A stretch of 64,000 nt of DNA from Octopus sinensis (lineage: Eukaryota): positions 42,780,001-42,844,000 of the forward strand of contig NC_043002.1 of NCBI RefSeq assembly GCF_006345805.1, given 5' to 3'. Positions 1 through 11,124 of the stretch are shown piece after piece (within the stretch, counting starts at the first letter, position 1; every line of letters begins with the position of its first letter). A model generated the notes under the pieces. That model was not told the DNA's origin and made no database searches. It worked only from the letters and a program-made list of their open reading frames with translations. Made by a program: the position numbers and the translations under genes.

Positions 1-2
1 TG

Positions 3-1223
3 CATTGAGACGATTTTCTTTGTGTAGCTTCTCTGAGTTGCTTCGAGTTCTGCTGTTTGTTTTATATTGTGTGGTGACCAAAGTTGGGAGCAGTAGTCCA
101 AGCGGCTGAGGACAAATGTTTTCCATAGGACCATCAGTGTCTCCTTCTCTCTTGTTCTGAAAGTTCGGAGAATCCATCCAGCTAGCCGTCTGCATTTTAT
201 CACCAGATTAGCAATATGCATTTGGAAAGATGCATCATTGCTCATGTCAATGCCCAGGTCATGCACTGATTTTGACTCAGGGATTGCAATTCTTCCTGGG
301 CCAGTGTATCCAGTCTTCACGTCATTTACCTTTGTGTGCCAGTAGCGCAGGGCCTGGAACTTACCTGCATTAAACTGCATGTTGTTGTCCTCAGCCCACC
401 TGTATATTGTGTCCAGCTCATGTTGCAGATGCGCAATATTTTCAGGGTTTTGTATTGCGTGGGAGACTTTTGTGTCATCTGCATAGCTAGCAAGGGTGGT
501 CATCGTAGCAACTGAAGGCATGTCTGAAAGGGCCACTATGAACATCAGTGGCCCCAAGACAGTGCCCTGTGGGACACCGCTTGTTATTTGCGTTTCCCTG
601 GAGGTGGCTCCATTGCTCACAACTGCCTGTTTTCTGTCTTTTAGGAAGTTGTGCAGCCACTCTCCAAGTTTCCTGCCTATGCCGAGACCACGCAGTTTGT
701 GACAGATCATACCATGATCGACTTTATCAAAGGCTTTTGCAAAGTCAAGATATATTACATCCACATTTGAGCCATTTAGTAGCTGTTTCAACACCCAGTC
801 ATAGTGTTGCAGGAGCTGTGTTAGGCAGCCTCTACCTGGTCGAAATCCATGCTGGGTGTCAGACAATAAGTCATTTTCTTCAAGGAACATGATTAGTTTC
901 TTACGGACTATTCGTTCCATGACTTTGCTGATGTGTGAGGTCAGAGAGATAGGCCTATAATTTTTAGCATCTGCTCTGCTACCTCCCTTATGGATAGGGC
1001 ATATTACCCCCTCTTTCAGTTTGACTGGGAGCTTACCACTTGCAAGAAAGCTCTGAAAAAGAAGCTGTAGCGGTTTTGCAAGGGCTCGTTTGCATGATTT
1101 GAGAAGGATCGCTGGGAATCCATCAGGTCCAGCAGCTGAGTTTGTGTCAATCTCATCAATGGCTAGTGTGATATCATCTTCTTCGATGTTGATGTACTCA
1201 ATTTTTGTCTCTTTGGCCGCTGG
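3..1223 (-). mobile_element. CR1/L2-group LINE, uninterrupted RT reading frame, 5'-truncated, runs off the window edge
   Basis: I checked all 407 codons and found no stop. Motifs AAGPDG, NYRPISLTS, YLDFAKAFDKV, GVPQGTVLGP, YADD (474-485) and LDYCSQLWSP. Confidence 0.92.
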
Positions 1224-1391
1224 TATATATATATATATATATGTGTATGTATGTATATGTATATGTATATGTATATGTGTATGTATTTGTATGTGTATGC
1301 ATGCGCGTATATATATGTATGTATATGTATACGTGTGGGTGTGTGTATGTGTATGTATGTATGGATGTATGTATGTATGTATGCGTGTATT

Positions 1392-1667
1392 GCCAGCCTC
1401 GCCTGGCCCTCGTGCCGGTGGCACATAAAAAGCACCATCCGTTCGTGGCCGTTTGCCAGCTCTGTCTGGCACCAGTGCGGGTGGCACGTAAAAAGCACCC
1501 ACTACACTCACGGAGTGGTTGGCGTTAGGAAGGGCATCCAGCCGTAGAAACACTGCCAGATTTGACTGGGCCTGATGAAGCCTTCTGGCTTCACAGACCC
1601 CAGTAGAACCGTCCAACCCATGCTAGCATGGAAAACGGACGCTAAATGATGATGATGATGATGATGA
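1392..1667 (+). mobile_element. RTE LINE 3'-UTR fragment with (GAT)n tail
   Basis: Nearly identical to the 3' end of the RTE at 18395-18664. Confidence 0.85.
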
Positions 1668-1669
1668 TG

Positions 1670-1718
<49 letters not shown>

Positions 1719-2119
1719 TTGTATGTAGGTGTATATGTATGTGTGTATAGATATTTATTGGTGTATATGTATAGACTAGCCTTCTAAGAGTGTAGACATG
1801 AATCTGTAGGTACGCGTACGTATGTGTATATACGTGAATGTATGTAGATGTATGTATGTATGAATATAACGCGTGCGTGCATGTATGCGTATGAGTGTAC
1901 GAATAAGTGAGTGTGCGTGCTAATGAGTGTGCGTGCGTGAATGAGTGCTTGTTTTCAAGTAGAAAGATAAATGGACTTGCTGTCATAGCCAAGATGCTTG
2001 TGACCAGCGGTCAAAGATAACAAAAGTAATAAATGAAGATAATAAAATTAAAATTAGGGAATGGGTCTGTATTTGTATGTAAATGTGTGTATGTGTAGGT
2101 ATGTATAGGTACACATATG

Positions 2120-2152
<33 letters not shown>

Positions 2153-2446
2153 GTATATGTGTGTATGTGTATATATGTGTATATAGGGACTTGTGTGTTG
2201 TGTGTGCATGTGTGTATGTGGATATGTGTGTGTATGCGTGTATGTGTATGTGTGTGTATGTATATATTTTTATGTGTGTATATGTATGTGTGGTCGTGTG
2301 TGTATATATACATGTGTGTGTGTATATGTGTATGCATATGTGTGTGTGTGTGTATATATATATGTATATATGTATATATGTGTGTATATATAGATATATA
2401 TATATATGTATGTATATGTATAGATATATGTATGTATGTGTATGTG

Positions 2447-2478
<32 letters not shown>

Positions 2479-2550
2479 ATATATATATTGTGTGTGTGTG
2501 TGTATGTATATGTGTGTGTGTGTGTGTATATATGTATACATATGTGTATA
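1668..2550. repeat. Compound (TA)n/(TG)n/(TATG)n microsatellite fields
   Basis: Directly visible. Similar tracts occur at 1224-1390, 2900-3130, 47480-47650 and 61480-61540. Confidence 0.95.
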
Positions 2551-2763
2551 GGTATAAGTGAGAATCTCCTTATTTACCTAAAACTCGATTCTTTTATATA
2601 TTTTTTTATTCTTTTATTTATTCTTTTATCTAATTTACCACTGACTCCTTGACCACTCCCCCAAGTATGATATTTTGCGCTATGTCTACCCCCAAAAAGT
2701 CCCCCACCACCACCCCTTTAAACCTGCCTAAATGTATAAATGCCAATACAATTCTTGTTAACT

Positions 2764-2814
2764 AGCTTCCTGAAGATTTCTCTTGAATGAAACAGTTCTA
2801 GTCCTGTAGAAGCT
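2764..2814 (+). ncRNA. Type I hammerhead ribozyme motif in a Penelope-like terminal-repeat fragment (about 2560-2890)
   Basis: Stem I AGCTTC/GAAGCT, core CTGAAGA (2770-2776), stem II TTC-TCTT-GAA, GAAA (2789-2792), stem III CAG/CTG, GUA cleavage triplet (2806-2808). AATAAA lies about 12 nt downstream. Confidence 0.8.
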
Positions 2815-3052
2815 CCTTCTATATAATAAATTAATTTTACTCTGCTATGTATTGAGTACCTTATTTACTGTGGTTAACCCCGAATCAACCCGGGACATAC
2901 ATATATATAAATATATATATATTCATATATTCAATATATTCACACACAGATCTCTCTCTCCATATATATATATATATTATATATATATATATGTATGTAT
3001 ATATATATATGTATATATACTTTATTTAAAAGCAGCAGAAATATAACAAAAG

Positions 3053-3087
3053 CTGTTACTCGGAGTTTCACGTTCCTGTTCGTCAGA

Positions 3088-3090
<3 letters not shown>
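3053..3090 (-). ncRNA. Minimal type I hammerhead ribozyme motif
   Basis: Minus strand reads CTGT-CTGACGA-ACAGGAACGT-GAAA-CTCCGAG-TA-ACAG. Stem II is weak, stem III is near-palindromic, and AATAAA follows at 3021-3026 on the minus strand. Confidence 0.65.
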
Positions 3091-3131
<41 letters not shown>

Positions 3132-3133
<2 letters not shown>

Positions 3134-3378
3134 TTTTTACTCTTTTACTCGTTTCAGTCATTTGACTGTGGCCATGCTGGAGTACCACCTTTAGCCGATT
3201 GAGCAAATCGACCCCAGGACTTATTCTTTGTAAGCCTAGTACTTATTCTATCGGTCTCTTTTGCCGAACCGCTAAGTTACTGGTACGTGAACACACTAGC
3301 ATCGGTTGTCAAGCGATGTTGGGGGGGACAAACACAGACACAAACATATATATATACATACATATATACATACATAAA

Positions 3379-3472
<94 letters not shown>

Positions 3473-3632
3473 TATATGCGGCGGGCTTCTTTCAATTTCC
3501 ATCTACCAAATCCACTCACAAGGCTTTGGTCGGCCCAAGGCTATAGTAGAAGACACTTGCCCAAAGTACCACGCAATGAGACTGAACCCGGAACCATGTG
3601 GTTCGTAAGCAAGCTACTTACCACACAGCCAC
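3132..3632 (-). mobile_element. tRNA-derived SINE (family A) with internal microsatellite
   Basis: A/B-box-like head (GTGGCTGTGTGGTAAG...GGTTCCGGGTTCAGTC) and (GAGTAAAA)n tail. Many copies in the window. Confidence 0.85.
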
Positions 3633-4353
3633 ATATATATAATATATATATACACACACACACATCTAAGTATATGTGTGTGTGTGTGATCATTATCATC
3701 ATCATCATCATAATTGTTTTAATGTCCACTTTTCCGTGTTTGTGTGGATCAGACAGAATTTGTTGAAGCAGATTTTCTACAGCCAGATACCCTTCTTATC
3801 ACCAACCCTCACCTATCTCCAGGCAAGGCCACATTTACTATGGGTAGGCATGTTTTTCAGGGAAGACTAAAAGTGAACAGCATTGCTTGTATGATAAGGT
3901 TACCCATGTACAACCATCACATGATGTCAAGACACAGGTACATGCACGCATGGTGTGCGCATGTAAATGAGTGTCAGTGTCATAGAAGTGGAATCAATCA
4001 TTTCTTCTATTCTGTGAAATCATGTTTGGCCATGGAGAGATGTTACTCACTTGGAAACAGTTATTGGTAGGTGACAGAAAGGGCATTCATCCATAGAGAA
4101 TCTGACCTATACAAGCATGGTAAATGTATGTTGAAATGATGATGATATAAGAACTATGATTGTCAATTTCTCTTTATCACAAAATATGTTCAGTACAAAG
4201 TCTTGTGTATGTATATATGTATGTGTGTCTGTATGTATTTTAAAATGTATATTTGTGTATGCAACAAAGAAAATGTGACATGGGCTTTTATATAGAGAGA
4301 AATGTTGTAGTTAACTGATTACTGGTGTGATTGTTTTTCTTTTGTTCTTCTAG

Positions 4354-4484
4354 ACCTTGGTCGGATGTATCAGCTAGTTTCAAGAATACAAGATGGTTTG
4401 GTAGAACTACGCTCATTTCTTGAAACACACATTTACAATCAAGGCCTTGCTGCTATAGAAAAATGTGGTGAGACAGCTGTAAAT
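4354..4484 (+). CDS. CUL1: Cullin-1 exon (first in window; upstream exons outside the window)
   Basis: AG at 4352-4353, GT at 4485. Encodes (D)[43 protein letters not shown], matching the CUL1 cullin-repeat region. Confidence 0.95.
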
Positions 4485-5575
4485 GTAAGATTATATATCT
4501 TTTTGTCTTTCAAATGTGTACTGCAGTTATAAATATTATAAACATTAAGAAATACATGTTGAATAAGGAAATCATTCTCAGTATTCAGTTTTCCTTGTGA
4601 TATGGGTTAGATGAATTTGCACAGCAACATTAGTTTTTCCCTCCCCTTTTTTGTCATTTAAATTTTTTAATGTTGATCTAAATATATCTTAATCCTTTGA
4701 ACTCATAAGTATGCGGATTTTGTGTTTACAGTTGAAAATAATTATGTTTGTGCCAGTTTATGAGCTGTAAAGATAAAACCATGTGGCTGCCTACTTATGC
4801 ATCTTCTAGAGGTATAGTCCAATGAAATCTTGGCTACTTAAGCATACTCGCAAGTTCAAAGGCTTAAATCTTTCCATGCTAGTTCTCATCCTTGTTTACT
4901 TCAATTTTTTTTTTATCTAATACTTTATTCATGGTCACAAGTATAAAGTAAAGTGGTAATTTTAATTGGAAAAAAAAAGAAAAAATGTTTACATTTATAA
5001 AACTAAATAAAATATTTGTAAATTTGGTTATTTAAATTTGTTTCACTTAAAAGATTTAAAATCAAAATATGCAATGCAATTACTACGTTTATGTTTTTAT
5101 TCTCATATCATGTCAGTAATTGGTAATAATTAATTTACTGTATAGTATTTATTTCATATTGTCTTTTAGTTCATATTTGCATATTTTCATCATTGAGTTT
5201 TTGTGTATGTGCGTATTTATGTGTATATATTTTCTCTCACATACAATATATTTACACCTATACATCATCTTCCCACACTATCCCATGCTACTACATTCCC
5301 ATATTTGCACACCTCTACACACCTATGCCCATCTCTATACAGGAATACCTCCTACACATGTAACTTACTCAGTAGAACTGCATTCCCACCTGTTCCTTAA
5401 CCATTTTAATATTTTCTCCAAACCATTTTTTTCCTTTCTTTATTTTTCTGATATAGGACTAGCGCCCAAAATGTCAAGACTTTTCCTTTTCTTTTTAAGC
5501 ATTAAACTAATAATACAGCATTTGTTAAAACTTGTGCTCATTGCCTAAGATATATATATGTTTATCTTTGTGCAG

Positions 5576-5683
5576 GATCCCAAAGTTTATGTTCAGACTA
5601 TTCTTGATGTCCATAAAAAGTACTCTGCCCTGGTGCAAACAGCATTTAATAATGATGCCGGATTTGTTGCTGCTCTTGATATG
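5576..5683 (+). CDS. CUL1: Cullin-1 exon 2 in window
   Basis: AG/GT bounded, 108 nt. [36 protein letters not shown]. Confidence 0.95.
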
Positions 5684-5863
5684 GTATGTTTATTTATTTG
5701 TTTTGTTATTTTTTGAATTTAAAATAATTATTTATCCAAAGTGTATTTGTACATGATGTTAACATATGTCAGTATTTTTTTGCTAGCTTCATTTGCATTC
5801 CTTGGAATAAATGAGTACAGCCATTTAAAATTTTTTAATCTATATAACTTGACATGCCTATAT

Positions 5864-6141
5864 ATATATTTCTCTTGTTTTAATCGCTTCATTCATTCAT
5901 TCATTCATCTAACCCGTAATACTAACATGTACTATTCCCTAAAATCTTAATCTTCTCTCCCTGTTTCATAATGTTTTTGTCATTGTTCTCTTGAAAACTG
6001 GCCATGTGTATTTTCTCTCTTCTTTTTAATTGCTTCATTCATTCATCTAACCTGTAATACTAACATGTACTATTCCCTAAATCATTAGTTTTCTCTCTGT
6101 TTCATAATGTTTACATCATTGTTCTCTGGTAAAAATGGCCA
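5864..6141. repeat. Local tandem duplication, about 140 bp x2
   Basis: 5864-6004 and 6005-6141 share TAATACTAACATGTACTATTCCCTAAA and flanking sequence. Confidence 0.85.
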
Positions 6142-6436
6142 TTGTTTGTCTGTGATGTGCCCACACACTCCCAACCCACCACCTATACTGGAAATCTATC
6201 CCAATACTGGAAATCCCTACAGGGCTCTGCCTTGCATCTGTACCTGAAGACTTGCATACCTTCATCCCTCCTTCCCCACCCTCAACAATTGCCCACACTA
6301 TTGCATGCACTAAAAGTTGATATGTGACTTAGTAAAATAAAAGGGGCAACAATTTTAATATGTTTGAATGATGATAGGTTAAAGCAAGAACTGATGTGAC
6401 ATGTCTGTTATTAAGTAATCACTGAAACTTTCTTTA

Positions 6437-9400
6437 GGTGCTGAATGCTATCACTCCTTCCTCTGTTCCCTCCCACATCTCTTTCCCACTTTTCAGAGTT
6501 GGTATTTTGAAAGGTAGATCTAGTGAGATTGTTGAGATGCTTGAACGGAGGTGTGTCGATGTATGCTGCATCCAAGAGGTAAGGTGGAGAGGAGCTTCAG
6601 CCAGGTTCCTCACAAGCAAAACACATGGGTATAAAATCTTCTGGGAAGGTAACAGTGACAGGATAGGTTTTGTGAGCATACTTCTTGCTGAGAAATTAGT
6701 GGATAAGGTCATAGAGGTAGTTAGAGGGTACGATAGATGTTTAAGCTCAGGCTAGTCTTGCAGAATAGCACAGCGACAATTATCTCTGGCTATGCCCCCA
6801 CAAGCAGGCCTACCAAATGAACAGAAGGACCACTTTTATGATATTCTTCTACTGGCTACCTCAAAGACGAGTGACAATGGTCTCATATTTGTGGCTGGAG
6901 ATTTCAATGGGCATGTCGGGCAGCAGACTATCTTCCATGGGGGCCATGGAATTGGTCCTCAAAATGAAGAGGGAATAAGGCTACTGGAGTTCTGTGATGC
7001 AAATAACTTATTGATCTGCAACGTCAACTTCAGGAAGCCAGCTAGCCAGCGACCAGATCACCTACCAGTCAGGTGACTGTGCTAGCTAGATCGATTACAT
7101 TCTCACCAGACAGCAGGATGCATGGTTGCTCTTAAATACAAAGACCCTCCCTGGTGAAGAATGTACCACCCCGTCATCCAGCATAGATTAGTCATTAGTA
7201 ATTTTAGACTCCAGGCCAGAAGGATGCCAAGAAGCAGACCAATCTGGTAAAGAAAGATTTGGCAGTTTGAAGACCCTTCATACAGTCAGAGATTTAGGAA
7301 CATCCTAATTGAGAAATTTGGGGAGGAGGGGCTATAGTTGTGATATAGAGGGTAACTGGGAATTCCTGTGGGATAGCCTGCTGAGTGCCACAGACCAAAT
7401 CTGTGGCTGGTGCAAAGTCTCATTCAGGGTAATGTGGTGTTGGAGCAATGCAATAGACAGGGCCATTAGAGCAAAGAAACAGGCCCGGAAGAGTGGGTGT
7501 AGCAGGGAACTGTATCAGATAGCTGAAAAGGAAGCTAGGAGACAGTTATATCTAGCTCAGGGAGAAGCAGAAAAGAAGTTTGTCTATGTTCAGCAATGTG
7601 AGGACCAAAGAATTGAAGTGTTTTGGATTGCAAGACAGTGTATGAGAGAAAATTGTGATATCATAGGAGAGATTTGTCTCCACATGATTGATGGTGCACT
7701 TGCATTTAATAATTCTGCAAAGAAAGAGGCTTGGAAATGCTGAACGTGGAGAATGAATGGGAGGAGGAGAGCCTGCCAAATGTTGACTCAACTGAGGGAC
7801 CAGTTCCTTGATAAATAAAGCAATTAAGGATATGAAAACCAAGAAAGCCCCCGGCCCTCAGGAATCACTGCTGAAATGCTTAAAATATCTGGTAGTGTGG
7901 GTTATGGTCTAGTCACTGGTATTGTAAATCAGGTGGTTCATGAAGAAGTTATAACCAATGACTGGTGTAGCAGCACTATAGTCAACTGCTACTAAGGTAA
8001 AGGTGATGCATTAGAAATAATTACAGAGGTATCAAATTGTTGGATCAGGTGACAAAAGTTATGGAGAGAGTCATAGCCAAACAAGTTAGGGAGAGAGTTA
8101 GCCTAGATGAGATGCAGTTTGGTTTTGTGCCAGGGAGAAGCACCACTGATGCTATATTTCTGGTAAGACAGCTACAGGAGAAATACATAGCCAAAGATGA
8201 ACCTCTGTACTTAGCCTTTGTTGACTTGGAGAAAGCTTTTGACAGGGTTCCCCAATCCCTTATCTGGTGGTCAGTGCAGAAACTAGGGATAGACGAGTGG
8301 TTGGTGAGAGCTATACATGCCATGTACAGGGATGCTACCAGTAAGGTGAGGGTTGGCAATGAGTACAGCAAAGAATTCAGTAGGGGTTCACTAAGGATCG
8401 GTGCTCAGCCCCCTCTTGTTCATCATTTTCCTCCAGGTAATAACATGGGAATTTAAGACAGACTGACCCTGGGAGCTCCTCTATGCCGATGACCTTGCTC
8501 TTATTGCTGAATCACTACCAGAACTAGAGAAGTTCCAGGTATAGAAGCAAGGTCTAAAATCAAAGAACCTTAGAGTTAACCTAGCAAAAACCAAAGTCTT
8601 AGTATGTAGGAAGGCAGACAAATCACAAATCCCTTCAAGTAAATGGCCTTGCTTGATCTGTTGAAAAGGCATACGTAGACACTCCGTAAGATGCACCCGA
8701 TGTGAGCTTTGGACACATAAAAAGTGCAGCAATATCAGAGGATGGTTGACAGGAAGACTAGCTTTTGTATGTGGAAGATGCACAGGTACAATAAACACTG
8801 AAAGTATGCAGAAAATAGACTCCCTCAACTGCCAGGGGAACAAGCTAGCGATAGTAGATAGCTTCCATTATCTAGGTGATCAAGTTAGTAGTAGAGGTGG
8901 ATGCTCTGAGAATGTAGCTGCTAGAATAAGATTAGGCTGGGTAAAGTTCCGAGAGCTCCTACCTCTGCTGGCAACAAGTGCCTCTCAGAGTGAAAGGCAG
9001 ATTGTATGATGCCTGTGTTCGAAGAGCTATGCTGCATGGCAGTGAAACATGGGCTGTGACAGCCTAGTACATGCATAGGTTTGAAAGAAATTAAGCCCGT
9101 ATGCTTTGCTGGATCTGCAATGTCAGTGTGCATGTTTGACAGAGCGTAAGCATCTTGAGAGAAAAGTTAGGCATAAGAGGCATCAAATGTGATGTGCAAG
9201 AGAGACAACTGCACTGGTTTGGTTATGTGATGCATATGGACAAAGACAGCTGTGTAAAGAAGTGCCAATCTCTATCTGTGGAGGGAACCTGTAGTAGAGG
9301 TAGACTGAGGAAGACATGGGATAAAGTAGTGAAGCATGATCTTCGAACTTTGAGCCTCACAGAGGCAATGACTAGTGACCGAGATCTTTGGCGATATGCT

Positions 9401-9875
9401 GTGCTTGAGAAAACCAGTCAAGTGAAATTGTAGTCATGGTGTTGGTGTCATATAACTGGCATGTAAAGAGCACCTTTCGACCATTGGACCTCACAGCGGC
9501 AAAGTGGCTGAGTTCTTTTGAGTATTGGGCCTCACAAATGCAATGACCAAAACCTTTTGCTTTATGTCGTGCTTGAGAAGTCCCATCAGGCTGAGCAAAA
9601 TGGTGGTGCACCGGAGCACTGTATACAATAATTTCATTATTATTTAAAATCGCAGTCATGGCAGATACTGGTGTCACGCAAAGGGCACCCATGCTGGTGG
9701 CACATAAAAGCACCCATTACACTCTCTGAGTGATTGGTGTTAGGAAGGGAATCCATCCATAGAAAACCATGCTAGATCAGACTGGAATCTGGTGCAGCCT
9801 TCCAGCTTACCAGCCCTAGTCAAACCGTCCAACTCATGCCAGCATGAACAACGGACGTTAAATGACAATGATGAT
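6437..9875 (+). mobile_element. Near full-length but degenerate RTE LINE (APE + RT)
   Basis: CCIQEVRWRG, VAGDFNGHVG, QFGFVPGRSTTDAIF, AFVDLEKAFDRV, LLYADD and LHWFGYV occur in broken frames. The 3'-UTR has the GAT-type tail. Confidence 0.92.
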
Positions 9876-9951
9876 ATTATGTTATGAATGTATTGAATTT
9901 ATGATTTTCTGAAAATTCATTTTGTAATTAAAACTGTTGTTTCTTATCCAG

Positions 9952-10061
9952 GCTTGTGGTCAGTTTATTAATGATAACTTTGTGACAAAAAAAGAAAACT
10001 CATCTTCTGGAAAATCTCCAGAGCTGTTAGCCAGATACTGTGATCTTTTGCTCAGGAAAAG
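9952..10061 (+). CDS. CUL1: Cullin-1 exon 3 in window
   Basis: AG/GT bounded, 110 nt. [36 protein letters not shown](S), containing the cullin [10 protein letters not shown] motif. Confidence 0.95.
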
Positions 10062-10604
10062 GTAACATTTTTCTCTTTTTAAATTTCTCTAGGTAATGTT
10101 CTGTCTTGTTCAACTTTCAAAGTGTACTATTTTTATTCAGATCCCTGTGTTTAGTGTCAAATTCACATCTTAAGTTCATCTCAATTTAAGTTGTCTGATT
10201 TAATACCAATACCTGGCCCTTGCTACCTTTTTTCTGCTAACATATTTTTACTGTAGACCCTCAGATCGGGTTGCAAACTTACTTGTCTCTCCAATCTAGT
10301 TGGGCCTACAAAAGTCATGGGCACTGCTTCCAAATGATCTGATGAACTTATCTTTTATATTTTACCTGTTTCAGTCATTAGATTGTGGCCATGCTGGGGC
10401 ACCACACAGGAGAACTTTTAGTCAAATGAATTGATCCCAGTACTTATTATTTCAAACCTGGTATTTATTCTATCTTTTGCTGAACTGCTAAGTTATGGGG
10501 ATGTAAATACACCAACACTGGTTGTCAAGCAGTGGGAGGGGGGGGGCAAACACAAACACAAAGACACACACAAGTATATATATATATATATATATATCTG
10601 TGTA

Positions 10605-10643
10605 TCTTTCTGTTGAAGAGTGTAGGCTCGAAACGTTAAAGAC
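10605..10643 (+). ncRNA. Hammerhead-like motif with variant core CUGUUGA in a short dispersed repeat (about 10598-10770)
   Basis: TCTTT-CTGTTGA-AGAGT-GTAG-GCTC-GAAA-CGTT-AAAGA. A second copy lies at 48024-48060. Confidence 0.5.
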
Positions 10644-10769
10644 TTGTTTTATTTATATTCCTGAGCGCCATACTAATACAATTGTTTGTTTGTATTCCAC
10701 CTGCCTTCGTCTTTTGTTTATTTCCGTAAACCTGCCTTCGTCTTTTGTCTATTTTCATAAAGCTTCCCG

Positions 10770-10807
<38 letters not shown>

Positions 10808-10958
10808 TATATATATGTAAAATTATAAGGGTGTTGAATGATTACAACACCAGTCTGCTAGAAATAGACCCCAAATGATCTATGAGCCACTTACTCTACT
10901 ACACAAGGTTGTAAGCAAGGAAAATAGACAGCGAGGATTTATAAAATAATTTGGATAG

Positions 10959-11019
10959 TACCATATCTACAGATTTCATGGTTTGAGTTACTAAAAACCC
11001 TTTCCGATCATCAGTGGCA
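10959..11019 (-). ncRNA. Type I hammerhead motif, left arm of the foldback element
   Basis: Minus strand reads TGCCA-CTGATGA-TCGG...CCAT-GAAA-TCTGTAGA-TA-TGGTA. Confidence 0.7.
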
Positions 11020-11124
11020 ACATACCGAATGTAAATAAATGAAAAATACATTATTCATAGCACCATAAGCACAAATAATGTACATGCATTTCGCACGTAT
11101 TCATGAATTCACTCTTATAACATA

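Noticed and set aside
1572-1595. CTGATGA followed by hairpin AGCC-TTCT-GGCT (also at 18565) as a hammerhead
   Set aside because: No GAAA follows the hairpin, and other copies read CTGGTGCA at the same position.
1090-3766. Long ORFs rich in Y/I/V/C/M or H/T (also near 47480, 51500, 61400)
   Set aside because: Translations of (TA)n, (TG)n and (TATG)n microsatellites that lack stops in some frames; not proteins.
6244-6250. CTGAAGA as a hammerhead core
   Set aside because: No stem II, GAAA or stem I partner nearby.
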